NCBI GenBank assembly: GCA_950097015.1
Contig: CATNEN010000038.1
Span: forward strand, 10,974,001-11,038,000
Direction: 5' to 3'
From: Macrostomum hystrix
Lineage: Eukaryota; Animalia; Platyhelminthes
DNA: 64,000 nucleotides
Each line of letters opens with the position of its first letter. Within the stretch, counting starts at the first letter, position 1. Shown here in pieces: positions 50,301 to 60,704 of the stretch. Below the pieces are notes generated by a model, which had not been told where the DNA came from, searched no databases, and worked only from the letters and a program-made list of their open reading frames with translations. A program made the translations under genes and the position numbers.

Positions 50301-53300
50301 CACGGGAGAGATGAGACACGGGAGAGATGAGACACGGGAGAGATGAGACACTCGTAGATAGATAAGTGACAGAAGAGAAATAATAAAGGATAGAAAAGAC
50401 AAAGGAGAGATGAGGCAGGCATAATTGGGTCTTTGTTGGGACCCACGAGCCAGACATTGTTTTTGACGGAGGATTTCAATTTCCAGATTGGATGAAGAGA
50501 AATGCGAAAATTAACACGCAGTATTCTATTTAATTAGATTAACGACGCATTTTCGCATTTCTCTTCATCCTACTTGCAAAGCGAGCAATTTTACCTGAAT
50601 TTCCAAATTATTTTTTTTCTTAGCTTCCCAATCGTCGTCAAGGACAACGGCACATCACCGCAGCGCAGTAGCTCGGCAATGATATTTGTTACTCTGCTTG
50701 ATGTAAACGATGTCGCGCCGATCTTCTCCAGCTCGTTCTACAACTTCGAAGTGCCGCAGGTTGACGATGGAAACATGCTGATTGGCCAGCTTGTTGCTAC
50801 GGATCCGGATCTTGGTGACGGAGGCGTTGTCAGGCAAGGAACAAGTTTATTATGGCATCTTGGGTTTGATCTTGACTTGATGTACTGACGCAAATGTTCA
50901 AAATCCAATCTACTAAAACCAATGTACTGAAATTCTATGTACTAGTGCCAATGTACTAAATTAGATGTACTAGTGCCAATGTACTAAAATTCTATGTACT
51001 AGTGCCAATGTACTAAATTAGATGTACTAGTGCCAATGTACTAACTTAGATGTACTAGTGCCAATGTACTAAATTAGATGTACTAGTGCCAATGTACTAA
51101 ATTAGATGTACTAGTGCCAATGTACTAAATCCAATTTGCTAAATCCAATGTACTAAATCCAATGTACTAAATCCAATGTACTAAATCCAATGTACTAAAT
51201 CCAATTTACTAAATCCAATGTACTAAATAACAATGTACTAAATCCAATGTACTAAATCCAATTTACTAAATCCAATTTACTAAATCTAATGTACTAAATC
51301 CAATGTACTAAATCCAATGTACTAAATAACAATGTACTAAATCCAATGTACTAAATCCAATTTACTAAATCCAATTTACTAAATCCAATGTACTAAATCC
51401 AATGTACTAAATCCAATGTACTAAATCCAATGTACTAAATCCAATTTACTAAATCTAATGTACTAAATCCAATGTACTAAATCCAATGTACTAAATCCAA
51501 TGTACTAAATCCAATGTACTAAATCCAATGTACTAAATCCAATGTACTAAATCCAATTTACTAAATCTAATGTACTAAATCCAATGTACTAAATCCAATG
51601 TACTAAATTAGATTTACTAGTGCCAATGTACTAAATCCAATTTGCTAAATCCAATGTACTAAATCCAATGTACTAAATCCAATGTACTAAATCCAATGTA
51701 CTAAATCCAATTTACTAAATCCAATTTACTAAATCTAATGTACTAAATCCAATGTACTAAATCCAATGTACTAAATCCAATGTACTAAATCCAATGTACT
51801 AAATCCAATGTACTAAATCCAATGTACTAAATCCAATGTACTAAATCCAATGTACTAAATCTAATGTACTAAATCCAATGTACTAAATCCAATGTACTAA
51901 ATCCAATGTACTAAATACAATGTACTGACACCAATAAACGGTGATCGATTTACAGAATTTGGCTGTAGCTTTCTAGGAAAACTGTGTTTTTGTCTTTGGT
52001 AAATGCTTGTCTAATATTTATAACGCCTTCTATTCTTGAACTAAACCCTGGCGATCTTTACAGGTACTTCTTCCCGCAAAACAACCTGTACTTCCTGCTG
52101 AACAGTGTCTCCGGTAACATCAACCGGAATACGCTCAATCCTGTTGAAAACTACAAAATCTATTCTCAACTAGCGGCGGCCAGTGATTTGGGCGCTCCCG
52201 TGTCTCTGACGTCAGTCAATGTGACAGTTCGAATTGACACCTTCCCGGCCGCTGATTACGTAATCCTGATTCACTTCTCAATGACCGAAGCTAACTATAT
52301 CAGCCAGTTGAGCAATATAAAACTAAGACTCGGTAATTATATTCTAGCTTTTACTCTAGATTTCATTCTAGTTACGATTCTAGTTACGATTCTAGCTTCC
52401 ATTCTAGCTACGATTCTAGCTACGATTCTAGCTATGATTCTAGTTAGGATTCTAGCTACGATTCTTGTTACGATTCTAGCTACGATTCTAGCTACGATTC
52501 TTGCTACGATTCTTGCTATGATTCTATATTTGATTCTAGCTACGATTCCAGCTACGATTCTAGTTATGATTCTAGCTACGATTCTAGCTACGATTCTAGC
52601 TTCGATTCTATATTTGATTCTAGCTACGATTCTAGCTATGATTCTAGCTTTGATTCTAGCTCTGATTCTAGCTTCGATGTTTTTTATTCTAGCCACAATT
52701 CTAACCTTGATTCTAGTTTTCGATGCTGCCGATGAATTTTGACGATGGCTATAGAAAATTCTAATGAACCTCGTTTGTCTAGGTGAAACCCTGACTGGAA
52801 AATACCCGGACACCCGAGTCGGCCAGTGGAAGTACCACAGCCAAGGCGGTAACATTGTGGGCTATTTCTACGCTCTGGCCAATCGTCAGACGGACAATTC
52901 GAGCTACTTAGGTGTCGACAAACAATTCGTGCCGCTGAATGACCTTCTGGCCTTCTGGCGCTTCAACAGCAACGGCCGGCCTACGGACGTCTTGCGCGGC
53001 AGTCGATTGTCAGCGTACAGCATAGTGAAGGTGGAGCCGTACCCTCAGGCGGCTGGGACTTCTTGGTTCGCCACCTGGTGGGGCATCTTGCTTCTCACCC
53101 TGGCTGCTTTGGCCGCAGTGGCATTGCTGGCAGCTGCTGCCTACGGTATCTGGGTGGCTGCGGCTGCGGCCTGCGCCGGGGGAGCCGCCAGTGAGACGGC
53201 GCCAGTAGCGTCGACTGCGCCAGGTACGAGGCATGAACTTGCAGATCATGTGGATTGCCATCCTAGCCTCTCTAACGGTTGAAAGTACAGAATGGATTGC

Positions 53301-53796
53301 TAGCCTAGTCTCTCTAACGGATGAAAGTACATAATGGATTGCTAGCCTAGTCTCTCTAGCCGATGAAGGAACAGAATGGATTGCTAGCCTAGTCTCTCTA
53401 ACCGATGAAGGAACAGAATGGATTGCTAGCCTAGCCACTCTCATGGACAAAGGACTTGGATGGATCGTTAGGCCATTCTCCCATAGATAAGTGAGCCCTG
53501 ACGTCGCAAGTTCGAACCCGCTGACTCCCGCAGCAAAAGTGGCGCCAGTCCGTGAGCGCCAGATTCTTCAGCTGAACTCATCGAAGCACCCTCGACAGCC
53601 GGAGCCGCTGACGAACCCGAAGCCGAAGGGACGCTACCTGATCAACTCTGGCACTGGTGAGGTGCAGACGAGTCTCAGCCCGAACGGACCGAAGGAGTGG
53701 CGTGGAACCCCGGCACCCAGCTTCCCGAATGCCGCATTGTCGAGCGGCACCGGGCCGCAGGTCACGGTGGAACCTGTTGAGGCTTTGGACTTTTGA
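35331..53796 (+). CDS. Large non-classical cadherin (CDH23/Cad87A/protocadherin-like): signal peptide, ~20 EC repeats, membrane-adjacent domain, one TM, Pro-rich tail ending EALDF
   Basis: [16 protein letters not shown] signal exon at 35331; about 19 DxNDNxPxF-type linkers plus LDYE/LDRE and AxDxD motifs over many phase-consistent exons; [28 protein letters not shown] at ~53075-53155; no EGF/LamG or catenin-binding tail seen. Confidence 0.9.
35535..35890 (+). mobile_element. tRNA-derived SINE, family A, full length
   Basis: A-box TGGCAGAGCGG, B-box-like GAGCTCGATTCC, ATT tail. Confidence 0.85.
36210..36325 (-). mobile_element. Partial CORE-like SINE, family B
   Basis: TACCCATTTAACAGCTTGGTGAACTGAAGCAA..GGAATCGAACTC. 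Confidence 0.7.
37290..37530 (+). mobile_element. Degenerate SINE family A copy
   Basis: TCTCGTACCAATGTCCCTGAG..GAGGGCCAACC..GTGTACACTGCC. Confidence 0.55.
38890..39170 (-). mobile_element. CORE-like SINE, family B, full length
   Basis: Same body as 9436 and 14010; head TAGCCTTTGTGGTTAGAGCGTCGGACT. Confidence 0.8.
39589..39805 (+). mobile_element. Partial copy of the same piggyBac-like family
   Basis: ttaatCCCTAACGGTAGAAAAACCAGGCT...TTTCAAATACCC and GATATATTCAGCGATTCTTGGTGACAAGG match 7200-7260 and 8030-8075. Confidence 0.6.
40460..40897. mobile_element. Inverted pair of family A SINEs (partial minus copy 40460-40572; plus copy 40573-40897)
   Basis: GGCAATTCTGCCCATTTCGGCTGACTCCTG is antisense to the adjacent copy, which ends in (ATT)n. 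Confidence 0.8.
43840..44265. repeat. 18-nt minisatellite AAAGTACAAAAACAAGCT
   Basis: Direct inspection. Confidence 0.95.
44810..45010 (+). mobile_element. Diverged CORE-like SINE
   Basis: GTGGTTAGAG..GTTCAAATC..CTTCAGTTCACCCAGCTGTAAAATGGGTACC. Confidence 0.65.
45013..45125. mobile_element. 113-bp mini-TIR element (hAT-like CAGTAGGCG ends)
   Basis: CAGTAGGCGCAGAAACTGGTTGCGTTTGGGG / CCCCAAAAGCAACCAGATTTGCGCCTACTG. Confidence 0.55.
45945..46100 (+). mobile_element. 3' half of SINE family A
   Basis: CCTGCGTACAGTATCTGTGTGCG..GGAGTCAGCAAAATGGGCAGAATTGCC..CCTGCAATTATT. Confidence 0.8.
46800..47168. repeat. 20-nt minisatellite ACCCACTCCGAAACTAGAAC
   Basis: Direct inspection. Confidence 0.95.
47618..47735 (+). 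mobile_element. 5' fragment of CORE-like SINE, abutting a family A SINE
   Basis: TAGCCTATTGGTT..GGTTCGATTC..ACTTAACTCTGCATTGC. Confidence 0.65.
47752..48025 (+). mobile_element. tRNA-derived SINE, family A (3' truncated)
   Basis: GAGTGGCAGAGCGGTCTAACGCG..GAGCTCGATTCCGCGG. Confidence 0.85.
48432..49352. repeat. 30-nt minisatellite ACCCATAGAATCCAATTCCTCAAACCCCAC
   Basis: Direct inspection. Confidence 0.95.
49872..50352. repeat. 16-nt minisatellite GAGACACGGGAGAGAT
   Basis: Direct inspection. Confidence 0.95.
50490..50570. repeat. 81-bp element with a perfect 22-bp inverted repeat
   Basis: GGATGAAGAGAAATGCGAAAAT ... ATTTTCGCATTTCTCTTCATCC. Confidence 0.7.
50900..51928. repeat. 14-nt minisatellite TACTAAATCCAATG
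   Basis: Direct inspection. Confidence 0.95.
52340..52722. repeat. 12-nt minisatellite ATTCTAGCTACG
   Basis: Direct inspection; lies in the cadherin intron 52333-52782. Confidence 0.9.
53248..53440. repeat. ~42-nt repeat TGGATTGCTAGCCTAGTCTCTCTAACGGATGAAAGTACAGAA, also at 31345-31470 and 54489-54570
   Basis: Direct inspection. Confidence 0.85.
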
Positions 53797-53864
53797 ACTC
53801 TTTAAACTTAGTGATTGCTTTTTCTCTGACGCAAAACATTTTGTAGATTTTGGATTGAGACATC

Positions 53865-54670
53865 TTAGTAGATGTCTGAGCAGATGTATGAGTAGATGTG
53901 TGAGTAGATGTGTGAGTAGATGTGTGAGTAGATGTGTGAGTAGATGTGTGAGTAGATGTGTGAGCAGATGTGTGAGTAGATGTGTGAGTAGATGTCTGAG
54001 CAGATGTGTGAGTAGATGTGTGAGTAGATGTGTGAGTAGATGTGTCAGCAGATGTGTGAGTAGATGTCTGAGCAGATGTGTGAGTAGATGTGTGAGTAGA
54101 TGTGTGAGTAGATGTCTGAGCAGATGTGTGAGTAGATGTGTGAGTAGATGTGTGAGCAGATGTCTGAGCAGATGTGTGAGTAGATGTGTGAGTAGATGTC
54201 TGAGCAGATGTGTGAGTAGATGTGTGAGTAGAAGTGTGAGTAGATGTGTGAGCAGATGTGTGAGTAGATGTGTGAGTAGATGTCTGAGCAGATGTGTGAG
54301 TAGATGTGTGAGTAGATGTGTGAGCAGATGTGTGAGTAGATGTGTGAGTAGATGTGTGAGTAGATGTCTGAGCAGATGTGTGAGTAGATGTGTGAGTAGA
54401 TGTGTGAGTAGATGTGTGAGCAGATGTGTGAGTAGATGTCTGAGCAGATGTGTGAGTAGATGTGTGAGCAGATGTGTGAGTAGATCATGTGGATTGCTAG
54501 CCTAGCCTCTCTAACGGATGAAAGTACATAATGATGAAAGTACTCTCTAACGGTTGAAAGTACAGAATGGGTAGCTGTGTGAGTAGATGTGTGAGTATAT
54601 GTGTGAGTATATGTGTGAGTATATGTGTGAGTAGCTGTGTTAGTATATGTGTGAGTAGATGTGTGAGTAC
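53865..54670. repeat. 12-nt minisatellite GATGTGTGAGTA
   Basis: Direct inspection. Confidence 0.95.
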
Positions 54671-54692
54671 ATTTCCAGATGTCTAGATTCTA

Positions 54693-55395
54693 CTATTGCT
54701 TTTGTCGCGCTATGTGGAACAGTGGACATGCAAAACGGAACGGCCCATTGAATTCTATGGCCGAGCGTTTGAATTCACATGAGAAAGTAAGCCATAGACA
54801 ACTCAAATTGTCATGCTATGTGGAACGATGAGCCAGAATAGAAGGAACGATTTTAGTTTTTCACAGAGACAACAACACGCTTTCATTTTCTTTCGCTTGA
54901 TCAGTTAAGAAATAATGGCGCCCCAAATGAAGTCAAATCTCAAAAACCGTTTGTCGGAAGCCGGCATAGTTGAGGATGAGCAAGTTCCACCAGAAGGAGT
55001 GACACTTGAGCAGTGGAGATTCATGCTACTTGAAGCTGTTGGTCAAGCAGTCACTGCAGACAAGTGCGCTGGCTGGGAGCTGCGCTGCAATCTATTGTTA
55101 CGATTGTTTGCAGCGACATCTGTTTTAGGGGTTCAAATTTTGTAACTGATGCTTCAATTTTAGACTTATAATAAGATTCACTTGAATGCAATTCTGCTTC
55201 TGCTTGCTTTTATTCTTTCTGCAAATCAAAGCTAAAATCGTTCCTTCTATTCTGGCTCATCGTTCCACATAGCATGACAATTTGAGTTGTCTATGGCTTA
55301 CTTTCTCGTGTGAATTCAAACGCTCGGTCATAGAATTCAATGGGCCGTTCCGTTTTGCATGACCACTGTTCCACATAGTGCGACAAAAGCAATAG
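54693..55395. mobile_element. Non-autonomous DNA transposon/foldback element with ~168-bp TIRs and TA flanks
   Basis: 54693-54860 is a near-perfect reverse complement of 55228-55395; TA on both sides; internal 76-aa ORF 54915-55145. Confidence 0.85.
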
Positions 55396-55824
55396 TATGA
55401 ATAAATTAAATACCACAAAAAATCTATAGGATGTACTTTAATCTATCTTATATGCAGCAGCGCACACATTTTAAACAAAGAATATTTTACCTGGTGTTTT
55501 TTAGATATTTTTCCTGTAGTTCCAAATTTAGCTCGTAGATTAACTCTAATGATACGCTCGTAAGGACTTTGAAAATGTTTTTATTCATTTTAGTGAACGA
55601 TAAACACAATACGAACTAATTGCTACCAGCGTACAAATTAATTTGCATAAAAAACAACTCGCACTCAAAGTTTTCTACTAAGAGTAGTGTAAAATACAAA
55701 ATACAGAAGCGAGTTTTTTACATATTCAAAGTTTTTTCTTTTCAAACTCTCTGAGTTGTACTTCTATAATTCACGTATCTCGCAAAATAGCATACAGCCT
55801 TTTAAAATCATTCGCTCATAACTC

Positions 55825-55986
55825 TGATCATGAAACCTTGACTGACTTATCTGCAGGGCGGTCCGACGGACGCAGCGGGGAGGCGGGAGTCGCCCATTCC
55901 GCTAATCCCTGAAAGACCCGCAATCGGCCGATGGCGCGGGGCCAGTCAGGGAGGTCCGTGTTCGGTCGATCATGATCATGAAACCA
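55825..55986 (-). mobile_element. Short GC-rich insertion with 13-bp direct repeat, probably a 5'-truncated non-LTR retroelement
   Basis: TGATCATGAAACC at both ends around ~136 bp of GC-rich DNA in AT-rich context; minus strand ends TAAGTCAGTCAA. Confidence 0.55.
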
Positions 55987-56379
55987 GTATTTGCAGTTTT
56001 ATGTTGATTTCATAGAAATTGTGTTATGCACTGCAATTAGAAGGAATTCGATGGTAGAGGAGCAAGTATTTTCTACAAAAAACTAATAACGGAATTTGGA
56101 ATTTGTTTTCAGCTGTCCAGATCTTGCACGGGCGTAATATTCTCCCGGATTATAATCGGATTAGCCCTGACGAAGATGGACACGGCTAGGCAATGGCAAT
56201 CAGTGAGATGGCCTTCTGTGGGAGTTTCTGGTATATGAAATTCTTAGGGATAAACTTATTACTTATAGCAAGAATCCTAGTTTAGCCTCTCTCGTGAATG
56301 AAGGAATTTTTAGTTTATTAATACCTTTATCTTGTAGCAGAAAGGCACATCATTTCAGCGACTTTTGACCCTGCAGGGA

Positions 56380-56680
56380 ACACACTCACACTCATACACA
56401 CACTCACTCACTCACTCACTCACTCACGCACTCACTCACTCATTCACTCACACACTCATTCACTCACGCACTCAGTCACTCACTCACACACTCAGTCACT
56501 CACTCACACACTCAGTCACTCACTCACACACTCATTCACTCACACACTCATTCACTCACGCACTCAGTCACTCACTCACACACTCAGTCACTCACTCACA
56601 CACTCAGTCACTCACTCACACACTCAGTCACTCACTCACACACTCATACACTCACACATACACTTCATACATACACTTCA
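56380..56680. repeat. (CACT)n-type simple repeat
   Basis: Direct inspection. Confidence 0.9.
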
Positions 56681-56940
56681 CCCGCAGCCAGCGAGGAGGC
56701 AACTCCGCCCATTTCGCTGACTCCTGAGCACACACGCACACGGATACTGTAAGCAGGCACACACTCACACAGGTGTGTACATCTGCCCTGACTATCTCAT
56801 CCTCAGGCAGTGTACACTCTCACTGTGCCTTGGAGGTTGGCCCTCAATGGCGTAAATTGCACGACAAGCCACCAAGCCTTCTCTCCGCGGCTGCGCCCCA
56901 AATTTAATGTGGCCCACCTTAGTGCGAGAGGCAAACGCGA
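56680..56940 (-). mobile_element. tRNA-derived SINE, family A
   Basis: Reverse complement of the family A body. Confidence 0.85.
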
Positions 56941-57187
56941 AAACGTGACCCTGATTTTATTATGATTATCATAAAAGAAAGGAATATAATGGATTTGTAG
57001 ACTAGTCCCTCTTTATAATTTGAATGTGTATTTTTTTATTTCAGACAGAACAGCGAGAACCAGTCGCAGTGTCAGGACGCAGAAAGTCTCTGATTGGCTG
57101 AGCGGACTTGGAGACGGCCCAGCTATAAATCATGCAGGGCTAAGACACGGGCAGGCTGGAATCCTCTTGGCAGAAAAAGCAATAACA

Positions 57188-57823
57188 ATGTCGGATCTTT
57201 CCAATTCAACAAGTCCGTGGCTTGAGACGCCGTGGCCCCAGTCGCCGCCGTCTCATCGCCGTTTCGCCCTTTTTGGCCTGGCCCTGGGCGCCAGCCTCAT
57301 CCTTTGCCTTCTGCTCGGCCTCGGCTTCTGGCGACGTCGGAGAGACAATCTTCTTGAAGAAGAAGAAGAAGAAGACGATGACGAAGAAATCTTCGAGAAT
57401 GACAACGTCGACGTTCGGCTACTGTCGGCAGCTGATGGTCAAGTTCGACATTCCGTGGCTGCTCAACGTTGGTCGCGTTGGCAGCAGTTTGATGAGGCTG
57501 GACAGCAGCATCGCAGGCTTCAGCAGTTCTGCTACGGCTGCGGCGCCCTAATTGACTTCGTCAGCCCGGACCAGGACAGTTGGTCCAGCACCTCGGATGA
57601 TGAAGTCGGAGCTGTGTCGGATGGAACTAAAAGCCGGTGTACCTGCTACGGGATTCCTACAGTATCAATGGCTGCTGAGTGGTGTGCAGGCAGCGATGGT
57701 ACTCTAGTGCGATTAAATAACCAGCTACAGCAGCAGCAGCAGGAACTGTCAGCAGCAGGAGTAGTGATGCTACCTCATCCCAATGAACCTCCAGATCGTA
57801 ACGAGGCTATTGGCTTTATGTGA
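57188..57823 (+). CDS. Single-pass membrane protein with acidic tract and Cys motifs, unknown family
   Basis: ATG at 57188; TM FALFGLALGASLILCLLLGLGFW followed by RRRR; E/D run; CYGC and CTC; acceptor tttcag at ~57044; AATAAA at 57861. Confidence 0.6.
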   Translation: MSDLSNSTSPWLETPWPQSPPSHRRFALFGLALGASLILCLLLGLGFWRRRRDNLLEEEEEEDDDEEIFENDNVDVRLLSAADGQVRHSVAAQRWSRWQQFDEAGQQHRRLQQFCYGCGALIDFVSPDQDSWSSTSDDEVGAVSDGTKSRCTCYGIPTVSMAAEWCAGSDGTLVRLNNQLQQQQQELSAAGVVMLPHPNEPPDRNEAIGFM

Positions 57824-57944
57824 AAGATTCTTTTTGTGCTGACTTGCCTTGTAAATCTGCAATAAAGTTTTTCTAAATAACAAACTGTTATTACCTTTTA
57901 ACATAAAAAATTAATTAAATGGACTTGAAAATGGACATTAAAGA

Positions 57945-58145
57945 ATAGAGACGCGTTCTAATTGGCTACGGGGGAATGAAAAGTGGAGGAGTGAGGTTTA
58001 TGAAAGTAGGTGCTTGCTAATTGGCTACGGGGGAATGAAAAGTGGAGGAGTGAGGTTTATGAAAGTAGGTGCTTGCTAATTGGCTACTGGGGATAGAAAG
58101 TGGAGGAGTGAGGTGGATGAAAAGTAGACGCGTTCTGATTGGATC
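57945..58145. repeat. 59-nt tandem repeat, ~3 copies
   Basis: CTAATTGGCTACGGGGGAATGAAAAGTGGAGGAGTGAGGTTTATGAAAGTAGGTGCTTG. Confidence 0.85.
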
Positions 58146-58519
58146 TTGGTGCAGAAAGTCGGGAGTGGGGTTTCTGTGACCCCACTTACAAGAAAGTGTA
58201 GTTGATTTAAACTTGAAGATTCTCTATCTTGCTGGCTGCGGGATGATGTCATTTTATTAAATCCGGATGGTATTTTTTACAGTAAATAATTTCTGCGATT
58301 CTGTAACAGAAACCATAACAGTAAGGTCTATTGAAGCGGCCAAACTTGTCAAGAATTCAATTTCAAATGTGTGTTTTTGTTTCAAGCGACAACCAAAACA
58401 AGCACAGCTAATTAAAAAGAATTCTGGACATTCATGAAGAAAATTGATTCTTTCAAAGAACCATGTTTTCCGCCAGAAGTTGCTTGGCAGCTGCCAAACG
58501 GATCGAAATGTATTGAATC

Positions 58520-58700
58520 TCGTAACAGTAGACCACGGGGGAGTATTTCAAACACGCACATTTTTCTTTTTCTGTATCTCCCGAAATATTCAACCAATCA
58601 CCATAAAAATACAGAACATGAGATAGAATTTTGCGCCCTATTTGATGAAACAACTTCTAGAATCACAAAAAATCGTCGAGATATTCAACGATCACCAACA
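58520..58700 (-). mobile_element. Diverged end fragment of the piggyBac-like family
   Basis: GTATTTCAAAC..AATATTCAACCAATCACCAT..GATGAAACAACTTCTAGAATCACAAAA..TCGTCGAGATATTCAACGAT matches the reverse complement of 8225-8381. Confidence 0.55.
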
Positions 58701-59257
58701 TCAACATACGAATTTCCCCGTTGTGGACATTTTGAGCAGATGAGAGAGAGGGAAACCTACGAGCGAAGCTGGGAATAAAGTCGCTTTTGTTTGACGATCG
58801 TCCTTCAATTACAAATCGAAAATAAGCTAGGTGGATTTTTGTCATAGCGGCTTTAGTGACTAAAAGTACAAACTAGCGTCAGCTAGATGATCTCAGAATG
58901 GCTATTCAATCACAATTCATTGCTGGTAGGGGAATGCGCCGACTTGAAAAGCCACTTTAGAATGAAAGGCCTACTACTTTGGGCAATCTTCTCTACATGG
59001 CCTGGGTCTTTGTGTGCCTCTGAAAATATGCTCTTCAGTTTAACAAAAATTCCAATCTGCACTGCTGGCCACATGACTGGCGATCTTATCTGCAACATGG
59101 AAAATAACTTCACTGCATATTTCCACAGCCTTGCACAGTGATCTGCTGAACTCATTAGCTGGGTTAGGATGGGAGATTTCATCTTAGGAATTTTCATCTA
59201 CCTTCTCCTATTGGGCATACTTTCCAGTCTCCATTGACTACTCTTCATTAACTATCG

Positions 59258-59656
59258 TTTACTATCTACTGTCTACTATCTACTGTCTACTATCTACTGT
59301 CTACTATCTACTGTCTACTATCTACTGTCTACTGTCTACTGTCTACTATCTACTGTCTACTATCTACTGTCTACTATCTACTGTCTACTGTCTACTGTCT
59401 ACTACCTACTGTCTACTACCTACTGTCTACTATCTACTGTCTACTGTCTACTACCTACTGTCTACTGTCTACTATCTACTGTCTACTATCTACTGTCTAC
59501 TATATACTGTCTACTATCTACTGTCTACTGTCTACTACCTACTGTCTACTATCTACTGTCTACTATCTACTGTCTACTATCTACTATCTACTGTCTACTA
59601 TATACTGTCTACTATCTACTGTCTACTATCTACTGTCTACTATCTACTGTCTACTA

Positions 59657-59739
<83 letters not shown>

Positions 59740-59796
59740 ATCTACTGTCTACTATCTACTATCTACTGTCTACTGTCTACTGTCCACTATCTACTA

Positions 59797-59851
<55 letters not shown>

Positions 59852-59915
59852 ATCTACTGTCTACTATCTACTGTCTATTGTTTACTATCTACTGTCTACT
59901 GTCTACTCTCTACTC
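59258..59915. repeat. 7-nt repeat TCTACT(G/A)
   Basis: Direct inspection. Confidence 0.95.
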
Positions 59916-60704
59916 TCTCTAATCTACTCCCAGATCTCCTTTCTGTCAAGCATTTGCTTTCTCTTCTTAAATGTTTATTGTCTACACTCCACTCTCTTCT
60001 ATTTTCTTTCTATTGTCAAAACTTATCTACAGTATCTCATCTCATCTCTTATCTCATCCATTTCTCTCATCCTACTCTTTTACACGCATTTGCCAACGAC
60101 GTTGGCAAACCAACCATGTTGGCTATTGTTGTTGATTATATTTTATTAATTGTGAAATTATTATATTATTGAACCAGTATGGGCTCAACTTTGAGATTTA
60201 TAAGGTCTTCGACAAGACTTGAAGCTTTGGACTTTAACATTCAGTCCTTCGCGTCGTTCATAATAAAAAACTGGCTCGCTATTATATTGAATCATCCCCA
60301 CACACAAGCCCATAGCGGCAATAACCAGCGCACAATGAGTTTGGTGGTGATCAATGGCGCCTGACTAAAAATATTCATCGTTAGATGAGGCAACAGATAA
60401 TATATGGCTAACCTAGGCTACACGCAGTGTATTCAGTGGTCACTAATTAGGTCCAACTCTTGCATGATGAATTCAGTTTTTCACCGACTGTACAGTTATC
60501 TCTACTATCTCTGCTACCCACTTATCTCACATCTCAATTATTCCTCATCCTCAATCCATCGCCCATTCTAACGGCATCTTTCACAATACTCTGCTTGTCT
60601 TGTTTTTCTTTCAATGGTTTAATGAAATTCTGCACTCTCGTGCTTTTCTGCTCACGCAATTCTTCCATCACTCCTACTGCCCTGGTCTCTCTCCACTCCT
60701 AACT

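Noticed and set aside
53484-53533. Tandem acceptors giving a tail-less cadherin
   Set aside because: An in-frame CAG acceptor at 53533 with an upstream CTGAC explains the last exon without special splicing
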